In this document: piece by piece, positions 48,498 to 57,761 of the stretch | Layout of the letters: every line of letters begins with the position of its first letter | Numbering within the stretch: the first letter of the stretch is position 1 | Assembly (NCBI GenBank): GCA_040388985.1 | Contig: JAZKAU010000002.1 | Coordinates: 247,642 to 311,641 of the forward strand | Origin: Patescibacteria group bacterium | GTDB lineage: Bacteria > Patescibacteriota > Minisyncoccia > Phycocordibacterales > Phycocordibacteraceae | Length of the DNA stretch: 64,000 bases | Reading direction: 5' to 3' | Position numbers and translations under genes: made by a program | Notes under the pieces: generated by a model | The model's database searches: none | Told to the model about the DNA's origin: nothing | What the model saw: only the letters and a program-made list of their open reading frames with translations

Positions 48498-49370
48498 ATG
48501 CTCTCACCTATGACTATTCACGCTCGGATGCTCTCGTATCTAGCTCTTCCGTTCTTTGCGGCGGGAATGTTCATGACGGCGGCACCCGCAGCCCACGCGG
48601 CAGAGACCATACATGTTTCAAAGAACTGGTCCGGATACACGGCCTCGGGCGGCTCCTATTCGGCAGTATCCGCTACGTGGATAGTGCCTGCAGTGAGCGA
48701 GAACCCGAATCCTCTGTCCGCAAGCGCCGCATGGGTCGGTATCGGCGGCCTGTCGGATCCGAATCTTATCCAGGCCGGTACTCAGGCGGTACTTGAGAAC
48801 GGTCAGGTGAGCTATCAGGCCTGGTACGAGACGCTACCGGACTCAGAACATGCACTCCCGCTTGCGCTTCATCCGGGAGATACCGTCTCAGTATCTATCA
48901 GGGAAGTCCTCGCAGGCCTCTGGCAGATACACGTTACCGATCAGACGACGGGGCAGGGTACGCAGACCAGCTTGTTCTACGATTCGTCGAACTCTTCTGC
49001 AGAATGGATAGTCGAGCGTCCGCTCGCCATTATGGACGACGGGACAGGATATCTGCCCCTGAACGATTTCGGTACGGTTTCCTTCCAGAACGTATCAGCT
49101 GGCGTGAACGGCGACATCGTTCCGCTTAGAGCGATCGATAGCCAGCAAGTGGTCATGAGCAGTAGCGGTTCTTCGCTGCTCGCGGCACCATCTGCTATAA
49201 CCTCAGACGGCAGCGGATTCTCCGTGTCCTATCTTACGCGCAAGCAGAGCGCGCAATACCTCAGCTCAGTGCATCGCGTATTCCGGCCTACCACCCCGGA
49301 ATCTTCGAACATCCCGGCTTCGTCGATCGGTGAGATAGGACGTGGAGCACTCATCCACATCGTATTCTAG
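48498..49370 (+). CDS. secreted peptidase G1 (eqolisin/A4)-like beta-sandwich protein
   Basis: Signal peptide; NWSGY...SATWIVP...AAWVGIGG...LIQAGT pattern typical of glutamic peptidases. Confidence 0.5.
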   Translation: MLSPMTIHARMLSYLALPFFAAGMFMTAAPAAHAAETIHVSKNWSGYTASGGSYSAVSATWIVPAVSENPNPLSASAAWVGIGGLSDPNLIQAGTQAVLENGQVSYQAWYETLPDSEHALPLALHPGDTVSVSIREVLAGLWQIHVTDQTTGQGTQTSLFYDSSNSSAEWIVERPLAIMDDGTGYLPLNDFGTVSFQNVSAGVNGDIVPLRAIDSQQVVMSSSGSSLLAAPSAITSDGSGFSVSYLTRKQSAQYLSSVHRVFRPTTPESSNIPASSIGEIGRGALIHIVF

Positions 49371-49400
49371 GAGCGACGATTACGTCGCTCCTGCTCGAGA

Positions 49401-49829
49401 CTACTTGGAAGCTTTTGCGCTCACGACGCTCTCGTGGATCTCCTGAGTAAGGGTATTATTTATCTCGACTAGGCGGTGGACTTCGTCCTGAATCCTCAGA
49501 AGCGCTTCAGCGTCGCGATACGTCTGGAGCGCTTGCTTGTCGGAGGCGGCTGCAGCGACTTTCTGTCCGACCATGATGACGGACAGAAGCACCAATTGGA
49601 GGAAAGTCTGCGCTATCCAAGAAATGAGCGTCGCTGTTCCGCCGTGGATGGCGGCAGGGAGGCTCACGAGCGCGAGAAGCGCGAATAGATAGGCGCACCA
49701 CATCGTGCCTACGGCGTTCGTAATGATAAGTGCCACACGGCCATTGAATCCGAGCCGCTCATGCTGGGTCAAGTGCGGACCGCTCTGCGCGCGCTCAGTG
49801 ATGCGAGGATTAGGTATATGATTTTCCAT
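49401..49829 (-). CDS. DUF1003-like membrane protein
   Basis: Two TM helices plus a C-terminal coiled-coil; ATG at 49829. Confidence 0.5.
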   Translation of the reverse strand: MENHIPNPRITERAQSGPHLTQHERLGFNGRVALIITNAVGTMWCAYLFALLALVSLPAAIHGGTATLISWIAQTFLQLVLLSVIMVGQKVAAAASDKQALQTYRDAEALLRIQDEVHRLVEINNTLTQEIHESVVSAKASK

Positions 49830-49895
49830 ACCTATAACTATTAGGGATTCCGGTCCTAAATACAACGTCGGGCACAGGATAAATAATCCATATGG

Positions 49896-50318
49896 CTAGT
49901 ACTCTCGGGATGTGGCGATGCCATGCTGCCCGACGACCTTGAAATTTATATATAGGTTGAAGAGATAATTCCCGAATCCGACGATACCGGCGACGAGTAT
50001 GCGCGCGATAAGGAAGTTCAGATTAAGAAGTGAGACGAGGCTGGCCACCAGGAGAGTCGTGACGACCGCCCCGACCAGGGCGACCAGGGCGAAGTAGACA
50101 TAGCCATGCTTCCAGCCGCGCTTCGTCCGCGTAAATACGATACGCCTGCTCACGGCGTAATTGACGCTTATGGCAATGAGGAAGGAAACAGGGGTCGCGA
50201 TGTAGAGCGAGACCCCAGCCAGACGTACTGCTGCGTAGAGTAGGCAGAGATCAAAGGCGAGCGTTCCGACGCCTATCCCGGCGTATCTGAGGAAACGCCG
50301 GAGCGCCTGACGGTTCAT
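49896..50318 (-). CDS. GtrA-family membrane protein
   Basis: Four TM helices; RYAGIGVGTLAFDLCLLYA GtrA-like N-terminus. Confidence 0.6.
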   Translation of the reverse strand: MNRQALRRFLRYAGIGVGTLAFDLCLLYAAVRLAGVSLYIATPVSFLIAISVNYAVSRRIVFTRTKRGWKHGYVYFALVALVGAVVTTLLVASLVSLLNLNFLIARILVAGIVGFGNYLFNLYINFKVVGQHGIATSREY

Positions 50319-51565
50319 GAGCGCGAAGGACCCGACGCGGATTCGGAGCCAATCGCCTGCGCGAGCCGCTCAAGGGCGATGACGTATGCGCTGCGGCGCA
50401 GATCGGTGGATAGGGCGGTGGAGCGCCCAAAGACTTCGCGCGCCTGATCGGCAAGGACGGTCTCAAGTTTCTGGTCAACATCTGCTTCGCTCCAATGCTC
50501 TCCCTTAAGGTTCTGCTCCCATTCCAAATATGAGACGACTACGCCACCGGAATTGGCGAGTATGTCCGGAATGACCGTTACTCCTTTCTTGAGCAAGATG
50601 TCATCGGCTGCGGGCGTGGTGGGGCCGTTGGCAAGTTCGAGTATGACCTTTGCCTTGATGTCGTGCGCGTTATCTTCGGTGATCTGATTCTCAAGGGCAG
50701 CCGGTACCAGGACGTCGGTATCGAGCGTAAGAAGCGCCTCGTTAGTGATCGGTTGCGCTCCAGGGAATCCTTGTAGGGAACCTGTCTCCTTCTTATAAGC
50801 TTCGACGCGCGCGACATCGAGTCCGGCAGGATCATAGATGCCGCTTCGCGAGTCTGACATCGCGATGACGCGGTGTCCGCCTCGAGCGAAGACGTGGGCG
50901 GCTTCGCCGCCCACGTTCCCCATGCCTTGTATAACGATGCGCGCTGACGCAGGCACGCCGAGCGCTTCCCGCAACGTGTCGAAGACGATATAGCCGCCCA
51001 GTCCTGTAGCCTTGCCGCGACCTTCTGAGCCGCCGTCTGACACAGGCTTTCCGGTGAAGGAGGCGTGCGTGGTGTCGTCCGTGAGCTTTTCATATTCATC
51101 GACCATCCAGGACATTATCTGCGGCGTGGTGTTCACATCAGGCGCCGGAATATCAATGGACGGTCCGATATCACGATACAGGGCCCGTACCCACGCGCGC
51201 GATAGTCGTTCCAACTCGGCCGCACTCAGTATCTTCGGGTCAACCGTTATGCCGCCTTTGCCGCCGCCGAGCGGTAGATCTGTAAGCGCGGTCTTAAGCG
51301 TCATCCAGAGCGCCAGCGCCTTCACTTCGTCCATGTCGGCCTTCGGATGGAAGCGGATACCGCCCTTATAGGGTCCACGCAGATTCGAGTGCTGGACACG
51401 GTAGCCGGTGAAGCTTCTCATCTCACCGTCATCCGTACGGATCCGCAGCGTAGCAGTCAGCTCCCGGTCGGGACGCGAAAGACGATCGATAATGAGCGGG
51501 TCCAGAGCGCCCGCGACGCGGGCGCGTTCCAACTGACTCAGAGCGTTCGTGAAGGGAGTGTCCAT
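50315..51565 (-). CDS. gdhA: Glu/Leu/Phe/Val-family glutamate dehydrogenase
   Basis: KGGIRFHP, GGGKGG, catalytic Lys context, NAD Rossmann GMGNVGG. ATG at 51565; the GTG frame extends to 51595. Confidence 0.88.
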   Translation of the reverse strand: MDTPFTNALSQLERARVAGALDPLIIDRLSRPDRELTATLRIRTDDGEMRSFTGYRVQHSNLRGPYKGGIRFHPKADMDEVKALALWMTLKTALTDLPLGGGKGGITVDPKILSAAELERLSRAWVRALYRDIGPSIDIPAPDVNTTPQIMSWMVDEYEKLTDDTTHASFTGKPVSDGGSEGRGKATGLGGYIVFDTLREALGVPASARIVIQGMGNVGGEAAHVFARGGHRVIAMSDSRSGIYDPAGLDVARVEAYKKETGSLQGFPGAQPITNEALLTLDTDVLVPAALENQITEDNAHDIKAKVILELANGPTTPAADDILLKKGVTVIPDILANSGGVVVSYLEWEQNLKGEHWSEADVDQKLETVLADQAREVFGRSTALSTDLRRSAYVIALERLAQAIGSESASGPSRS

Positions 51566-51648
51566 AGGGAAGGGAGTACGACTATAGTACGCCACTCACG
51601 TAAAATTATTTCGTCAGAACCTACCTGCTATAGTGAGATATCGTACCT

Positions 51649-52236
51649 ATGGCTCCTGAATTCCTCCTTAAAGACGCGAGTGACGAGGATATTGCCGCGC
51701 GCGTACAGAAGGGAGAGGAGACAGCGCTCGGAGAGCTTATCAGTCGCTACGAAGAGAAGTTGACGCGCTACGGAAGGCGGTTCCTGGTAGGACACGGAGA
51801 CGACGCGGTGAGGCAGGCAGTCCAGGACGTGTTCATCTCCGTCTATCAGAATATCGAGGGCTTCAATACTAGACAGCGCTTCTCACCGTGGATATACCGC
51901 ATCGCCCACAACGCCTTCATCGACATCTTGCGGCAGACGATGAAGCAGCCTATCTACGGCATCGATCTCGATACCCTCGTCTCGCATACGGCCTATGAGG
52001 ACGGATACGCGGACGAGAAAGAAAAAGAGCAGATCCGCGTACTAGTAGAGAACGGGCTCAAATCCCTGCGGGCTGCCGAGCGCGAAATACTGGTCCTATA
52101 CTACTTTGAGGAGCTCAGCTATAAGGAGATCGCCGACGTCCTGCATATTCCAGTAAGCACCGCAGGCGTCCGCCTTGCCCGAGCTCGCGCGAGACTCAAA
52201 GGAGCCTTACCTGACTCTTCCCATCTAACACTATGA
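51649..52236 (+). CDS. ECF-subfamily RNA polymerase sigma factor
   Basis: Region 2 WIYRIAHNAFIDILR; region 4 HTH LSYKEIADVLHIPVSTAGVRLARAR. Confidence 0.85.
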   Translation: MAPEFLLKDASDEDIAARVQKGEETALGELISRYEEKLTRYGRRFLVGHGDDAVRQAVQDVFISVYQNIEGFNTRQRFSPWIYRIAHNAFIDILRQTMKQPIYGIDLDTLVSHTAYEDGYADEKEKEQIRVLVENGLKSLRAAEREILVLYYFEELSYKEIADVLHIPVSTAGVRLARARARLKGALPDSSHLTL

Positions 52237-52964
52237 ACGACACGAATTCCGGACATTCCATACAAGAGGCCGTTCTCGCAAAGGTGCGAGCTGGGGAGGT
52301 GCGCCGCCATTCGCGCGCTTACTTCCTCGCGCGTCTTGCGGGTACCATTGCCGTGAGCATACTGCTCCTCGTCGTCTGCGTACTCATCATAAGCTTCATA
52401 CTCTTCAGCCTGCACGAGAGCGATGAGCAGATATTGCTCGGCTTCGGCCTCCACGGCGTGGAAGTATTTCTCGGCCTCTTTCCCTGGCTGCTCGGCCTTA
52501 TCGCAGCTAGCCTCATCCTCGTACTCGAGTGGATGCTCCGAAGGTTCAGATTCGGCTACCGCATACCGCTTCTCAATGTCTTTATCGGTATCTTCGTAGT
52601 AAGCGTCGCGCTGAGCGCGCTCATAAATTTCACTCCGCTTCACGCGACGCTCCTACACGTCTCGGACCAAGGGGAACTGCCGGTATTAGGCGGCGTGTAC
52701 CAACACGTTCTTGATCATCACGATGACCGCGGTTTCGCACGCGGGAGGGTAGTCGCGATACAGCCTGACTCCTTCCTCATACAGCACGACGATCATGACC
52801 GCGACCGGGATGACGGTACGTTTGTCGTACGCGTGCAGGACCATGCCAGCCTCCCGGAACTACATGTGGGAGACGAGGTAGTGGTGCTCGGGAATCCTGG
52901 ACCGGGATACATCACGGCAACGCGTATAGAGGTCGTCGGGGCACGATCCGCTTCCGTGAAATAA
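52233..52964 (+). CDS. putative membrane anti-sigma factor
   Basis: ATGA-overlapped with the sigma gene; N-terminal cytoplasmic segment, two or three TM helices, extracytoplasmic C-terminus. Confidence 0.45.
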   Translation: MNDTNSGHSIQEAVLAKVRAGEVRRHSRAYFLARLAGTIAVSILLLVVCVLIISFILFSLHESDEQILLGFGLHGVEVFLGLFPWLLGLIAASLILVLEWMLRRFRFGYRIPLLNVFIGIFVVSVALSALINFTPLHATLLHVSDQGELPVLGGVYQHVLDHHDDRGFARGRVVAIQPDSFLIQHDDHDRDRDDGTFVVRVQDHASLPELHVGDEVVVLGNPGPGYITATRIEVVGARSASVK

Positions 52965-53007
52965 AGTCCTGATGGCTGCGTAGTATAGATGTAAGAACAT
53001 CCTCGCT

Positions 53008-53532
53008 ATGAAAAGATTCCTTATTTCCATCGTGTTCATAGGCGGCTTCGCCGCCTATGTATTCAATGAGCGCGGCGAAGCCGAGACGACTCCCATCGTA
53101 GCCAATCCAGTCTCAAGTATTTCTCCGACCCCGTTCACGCCCACGGCAAGCACGCCTCCAGCTGCGGGACCTGCTCCTGTACCGACTATCCCAAAGACCA
53201 CTCCCGCAGCACCAACCCCAGTCGTTACTCCTACGAAGCCTGTCGGCCAATACAAGGACGATACCTATACCGGGACCGCGGCGAATGCCTACTATGGCTA
53301 TATCCAGGTCGCCGCAGTCATCTCGGGCGGAAAGCTCACCGACGTGACCTTCCTTCAGTATCCCAATGATCGCCGCGAATCTATCTTCATCAATCAGCAA
53401 GCGATGCCTATCCTGAAGTCGGAAGCAATAGAAGCGCAGAGCGCGAGCGTGAGCGGCGTATCGGGGGCCTCCGATACGAGCGCCGCCTTCAAGCAATCGC
53501 TCGGTTCGGCACTCAGCCAAGCTCGCACCTAA
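53008..53532 (+). CDS. secreted FMN-binding domain protein (ApbE flavinylation substrate candidate)
   Basis: Signal peptide, Pro/Thr linker, FMN_bind-like YGYIQVAAVISGGKLTDVTF, candidate flavinylation motif SGVSGASDTS. Confidence 0.65.
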   Translation: MKRFLISIVFIGGFAAYVFNERGEAETTPIVANPVSSISPTPFTPTASTPPAAGPAPVPTIPKTTPAAPTPVVTPTKPVGQYKDDTYTGTAANAYYGYIQVAAVISGGKLTDVTFLQYPNDRRESIFINQQAMPILKSEAIEAQSASVSGVSGASDTSAAFKQSLGSALSQART

Positions 53533-53538
53533 GCCTGT

Positions 53539-54285
53539 ATGCGTCAGTCTCGTCTCATCATGGGCATGCCCACCTTCATCGAGATCGCCGAACCACATGT
53601 CTCGCAGGAATCCTATGAGCAGGTCTTCAACTACCTCACTTCTATCGATGAGCGATTCAGTACGTATAAGCCGGAGAGCGAGATCTCGCGCATCAATAGG
53701 GGAGAGATAGCCGAAGACGCCTATAGCGGCGATATGCGAGAGATATTCCGTCTTGCAGACGCAACCGCGCGCGCGACGGACGGCTACTTCGACATCCGGA
53801 AACCGGACGGTACCCTCGATCCGTCGGGAGTCGTCAAAGGATGGGCTATACAGAAAGCATCGGAACTCCTTGAACGCATGGGGCATGAGAACTTTTATAT
53901 CGAAGTCGCGGGCGACGTCCAGACAAAGGGCGTAGACGCGCATGGCAGGGATTGGACCATCGGCATACGGAGTCCCTTCACCGCAGACGAGATAGTGAAG
54001 GTAATCACGCCGCAGGGACAGGGAGTAGCGACTTCCGGAACATACATACGCGGAGAACATATCTATGACCCCCATACCGGTGTGTCGCCTGAGGCCTTCG
54101 TAAGTCTCACGGTGGTGGGGCCGGATATCTACGAAGCTGATCGGTTCGCGACCGCAGCCTTTGCCATGGGTCCCCGCGGCCTCGCCTTCCTCGAGAGCCT
54201 TCCGGGACTTGAGGCGTACGCCATCGACCCGAAGGGTGTGGCAACCATGACGAGCGGCTTCGAAGCCCTAACCCTACGCCCATGA
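53539..54285 (+). CDS. apbE: FAD:protein FMN transferase (ApbE family)
   Basis: TSIDERFSTYKPESEISRINRGEI, GWAIQKASELL, GDV...TSGTY ApbE motifs; 248 aa, shorter than typical. Confidence 0.7.
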   Translation: MRQSRLIMGMPTFIEIAEPHVSQESYEQVFNYLTSIDERFSTYKPESEISRINRGEIAEDAYSGDMREIFRLADATARATDGYFDIRKPDGTLDPSGVVKGWAIQKASELLERMGHENFYIEVAGDVQTKGVDAHGRDWTIGIRSPFTADEIVKVITPQGQGVATSGTYIRGEHIYDPHTGVSPEAFVSLTVVGPDIYEADRFATAAFAMGPRGLAFLESLPGLEAYAIDPKGVATMTSGFEALTLRP

Positions 54286-55808
54286 TCCGTCTCATCGATT
54301 CATATCTCAACCGCATCACGATGTACCGGCTCGTGCTGTACGAGCTTATCTTCCTCCTGCTCGCGAGCGCTGTCCTTAGCGCCTTCGGCGTGCTCTCCTT
54401 TACGCCGCTCATGCTCGGCTACTCCGTACTCTTCATACTCTTCGTCAGTCTCGTCATAAACGCTGTCTTCGCGTACTTCCTTGACGCGCCGAGTAATCCC
54501 GAATCGGCCTACATCACAGCCCTTATCCTGGCGCTTATTATCGCGCCGCCGCACGCGTTCACCGACACGGCATTCATAGGGCTTGCTGCGTGGGCTGCCG
54601 GCTGGGCGATGGCGTCAAAATATATCTTCGCCATAGGCAAGAAGCACGTCTTCAATCCTGCGGCCATAGGCGTCGCGATGACGGCGCTCTTCCTGTACCA
54701 AGGCGCAAGCTGGTGGGTGGGTACGCCGTGGATGCTGCCGTTCGTAGTCGTCGGCGGATTCCTCGTCGCGCGCAAAGTGCGCCGGCTCGGCATGGTAGCG
54801 ACATTCCTCGCAGCCTTCGTCCTCACAGCGCTCGCGCTTGGCGGAGGTATGTCCGACGTTCTCCACACGGCGAGTCAGGCGCTGCTCTTTGCTCCGGCAG
54901 TATTCTTCGCGACCGTAATGCTTACCGAGCCGCTCACCGCGCCTACCGACAGCTACTTCCGTATCCTGTTCGCGATCATGGTCGGATTCTGCTTCGCGCC
55001 GCAAGTACATATCGGCTCTTTCTACTTCACGCCGGAGCTTGCCCTTCTTGCAGGTAATATATTCGCGTATCTCGTGAGCCCGAAGCAGAAGCTGCTACTT
55101 ACGTTCGTCGGGCGCGTGCTGCTTGCGACGAGCACGTACGAATTCATCTTCTCACACGACCGCAGGTTCAGATTTATTCCCGGACAATATCTGGAATGGA
55201 CCTTGGCACACCCGCATCCGGACACACGCGGTATCCGTCGCTATTTCACGATAGCGTCGACGCCTACGGATACGGAGCTACGCATAGGCGTGAAATTCTA
55301 TGAGCCGATGAGCAGCTTCAAGAAGGCCCTCCTTGCGCTTGCGCCGGGCGAGACCATCGTCGCCTCCCAGCTCGCCGGCAATTTCGTCTTGCCCAAGGAC
55401 CCCAAAGAAAAGCTCATGTTCATGGCAGGCGGCATCGGTATCACGCCGTTCGTCAGCATGATCGAGTATCTGCTCGCGAAGAAGGAGCGACGCGATATCG
55501 TCATCGTATACGCCAATAGGGGAGTCGAAGATGCAGCGTATGTAGACCTCCTTGATAGGGCAGAACGGGAACTCGGCATCCAGGTACTTCCGGTATTTAG
55601 CCAACAGACGCCGCAGATGGTAGCGAAGGCAGAATTTCCGCAGGCAGTGGATTCCGCGCTCATAACGCGCGAGGTTGCGGATTATCGAGATCGTCGTACC
55701 TATATCTCGGGCCCGCACGGCATGATCATCGCCTTCGAGGACCTGCTCAAGGAGCTCGGCGTACCGCGCAGGAACATCAAGACCGACTTCTTCCCGGGCT
55801 TCGCGTAG
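54282..55808 (+). CDS. polytopic membrane domain fused to FNR-type FAD/NAD(P)-binding reductase domain
   Basis: ~300-aa TM region with conserved His residues; C-terminal RRYFTIAS (RxYS FAD motif) and MFMAGGIGITPF (NAD motif). Confidence 0.7.
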   Translation: MIRLIDSYLNRITMYRLVLYELIFLLLASAVLSAFGVLSFTPLMLGYSVLFILFVSLVINAVFAYFLDAPSNPESAYITALILALIIAPPHAFTDTAFIGLAAWAAGWAMASKYIFAIGKKHVFNPAAIGVAMTALFLYQGASWWVGTPWMLPFVVVGGFLVARKVRRLGMVATFLAAFVLTALALGGGMSDVLHTASQALLFAPAVFFATVMLTEPLTAPTDSYFRILFAIMVGFCFAPQVHIGSFYFTPELALLAGNIFAYLVSPKQKLLLTFVGRVLLATSTYEFIFSHDRRFRFIPGQYLEWTLAHPHPDTRGIRRYFTIASTPTDTELRIGVKFYEPMSSFKKALLALAPGETIVASQLAGNFVLPKDPKEKLMFMAGGIGITPFVSMIEYLLAKKERRDIVIVYANRGVEDAAYVDLLDRAERELGIQVLPVFSQQTPQMVAKAEFPQAVDSALITREVADYRDRRTYISGPHGMIIAFEDLLKELGVPRRNIKTDFFPGFA

Positions 55809-55877
55809 CGCGGGCCTGGGGGTGCGTACTCGAGAGCTAAGACGGACGGAACCTAGGATTGCCTACCTGTTTGGGCA

Positions 55878-56672
55878 ATGGACGTATCCTGGCTATACTG
55901 GTTCTATATGGAACTATTCATACCGATCATCATCGCCGTAGTCATAGTGCTCCTGGGTCTTTCGCTTCGCGTCGTGAAAGAATATGATCGCGGCGTCATA
56001 TTCTTTCTGGGCAAGTTTACCGGTGTACGTGGCCCGGGCCTCATCATCCTTATTCCGATATTCGAGCAAATGACGAAGGTCACGCTCCGGACCATCACGA
56101 TGAATATCCCGTCCCAGAAGATCATCACGAAGGATAACGTATCCATCGACATAGCGGCGGTCGCGTATTACCACATCGTTGATCCGCAGAAATCGGTTGT
56201 CGCTATAGAGAACGTTTACGACGCGGTTAATCAGATCAGCCAGACGACGGTTCGTAACGTGGTGGGACAGTTCATGCTCGACCAGCTTCTCTCCCAAACG
56301 AGCGATATCAATAAGCAGATACAGGAAGTCATTGATACGCACACCGAACCGTGGGGCGCACAGGTGACTGCAGTCGAGATAAAGGACATTACGCTTCCGG
56401 AGAATATGCAGCGTGCAATGGCGAAAGAGGCGGAAGCCGAGCGTGAACGCCGCGCAAAGATCGTTGCGGCAGAAGGAGAGATGCAGGCTTCTGCGAAACT
56501 TGCCGAAGCTGCAGACATAATGGCAGCGCATCCGGTGGCACTGCAGTTGCGTACGCTTCAGACGATGGCCGAGATTAGCGTCGAGAAGAATTCCACGATA
56601 ATCTTTCCCGCGCAGTTCATGACGAGCGTGCAGGAAGCGGTGAAGATGATGGCCGCAGACAGCGCCTCCTAG
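55878..56672 (+). CDS. SPFH/band-7 (stomatin-like) protein
   Basis: N-terminal TM helix, SPFH core, C-terminal coiled-coil. Confidence 0.85.
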   Translation: MDVSWLYWFYMELFIPIIIAVVIVLLGLSLRVVKEYDRGVIFFLGKFTGVRGPGLIILIPIFEQMTKVTLRTITMNIPSQKIITKDNVSIDIAAVAYYHIVDPQKSVVAIENVYDAVNQISQTTVRNVVGQFMLDQLLSQTSDINKQIQEVIDTHTEPWGAQVTAVEIKDITLPENMQRAMAKEAEAERERRAKIVAAEGEMQASAKLAEAADIMAAHPVALQLRTLQTMAEISVEKNSTIIFPAQFMTSVQEAVKMMAADSAS

Positions 56673-56677
56673 AAGTA

Positions 56678-57439
56678 TTAGCTCGCGACCTGATTGTACG
56701 TTACGACTTCCCATCCGCGCGTCTTCGAGAAGGGATGCCAAGGGTGATAGATGCAGACGGTGATGCCGCCATTGTCGACCGGGTTGAAGAAGCCGAGTTT
56801 CACGAGGTCGGAGGCCGTTAGACCGTCCCGATAGAGGAGGTAGGAAAGCAGTATCTTCAGGAAGGCGCGATGCGTGACTACGACGATGCGACTCCCTGGT
56901 CGCTTAGACAGGTAGGTCAAGCACGCCTTCGCCCGCTTTATCAGTTCCTGGAAATTCTCCTCATCCGAGAAGCGATACGTATCTTCGTGGAATCCGGATT
57001 CCGTAAGCCCTACGATGCGCTGTACTTCCGGATCATCTACGCTCTTGCCGATGACTTCCGAAGGACTTTTGCGCTCGGCTAGAAGGGGACTCACCGTTAT
57101 CTTCTTGGTAAGCTGCTCGCTCATGATGGTCGCGGTCTCAACAGCCCGCTCGAAGGGGCTGGAGCATATTTCCTGAATGCGCAGGCTCTGCAGTGCAGTG
57201 CCGAGCGCGCGCGCCTGCAGGATGCCTGCGGGACTCAGCTTTCCGTCAGCGCCTTGCTTGATGTGCGCTTGATTGAGCAGCGTCTCGCCGTGGCGGATGA
57301 TGTAGAAGCACTTAGGCTTGAGACGATTGGCTAGAAAGAGCAGGAGTACGAGGAGTACCCCCATACATATGAAGAATTCCGCAGGAGTGAAAGAAAGCGA
57401 AGACAGGTTCGCGAGCGAGGAGGCTACCTGAAGATCCAT
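56678..57439 (-). CDS. histidine phosphatase (phosphoglycerate mutase-like) family protein with N-terminal TM anchor
   Basis: RHG motif in IIRHGET; second His in VVTHRAF. Confidence 0.7.
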   Translation of the reverse strand: MDLQVASSLANLSSLSFTPAEFFICMGVLLVLLLFLANRLKPKCFYIIRHGETLLNQAHIKQGADGKLSPAGILQARALGTALQSLRIQEICSSPFERAVETATIMSEQLTKKITVSPLLAERKSPSEVIGKSVDDPEVQRIVGLTESGFHEDTYRFSDEENFQELIKRAKACLTYLSKRPGSRIVVVTHRAFLKILLSYLLYRDGLTASDLVKLGFFNPVDNGGITVCIYHPWHPFSKTRGWEVVTYNQVAS

Positions 57440-57454
57440 CGCTCTTAAGTATAC

Positions 57455-57498
57455 GACATTGTTTTCTTATGAGTCCTCGAATTAGAAAACAAGAAGTG
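57455..57498 (+). repeat. 44-bp perfect direct repeat, copy 1; contains 9-bp inverted repeat TTGTTTTCT/AGAAAACAA
   Basis: GACATTGTTTTCTTATGAGTCCTCGAATTAGAAAACAAGAAGTG. Confidence 0.85.
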
Positions 57499-57569
57499 CC
57501 CTTTGTGGTGCGCGACCTAGAATCGGTTATGAACAAAGTGAATTAGCGATTCGGAAGTACTCCTGTGGT

Positions 57570-57613
57570 GACATTGTTTTCTTATGAGTCCTCGAATTAG
57601 AAAACAAGAAGTG
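57570..57613 (+). repeat. 44-bp perfect direct repeat, copy 2 (115-bp period)
   Basis: Identical 44-mer; upstream of the DUF3494 gene. Confidence 0.85.
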
Positions 57614-57761
57614 TCCGACAACACGCGCCTACACCCTGTAGGAATCAGTAGATACGAAGAGTATGCCTTCAGAATCTCGTATAGATGCATGCGTCGCATA
57701 CGTATGAGATTGACATGGTATCCTTATACCTATCACCATCCTTTCCTTACGAAGCCTCAAG

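Noticed and set aside
57455-57613. CRISPR array
   Set aside because: Only two repeats. The 44-bp repeat and 71-bp spacer are outside typical CRISPR dimensions. No cas genes are nearby.
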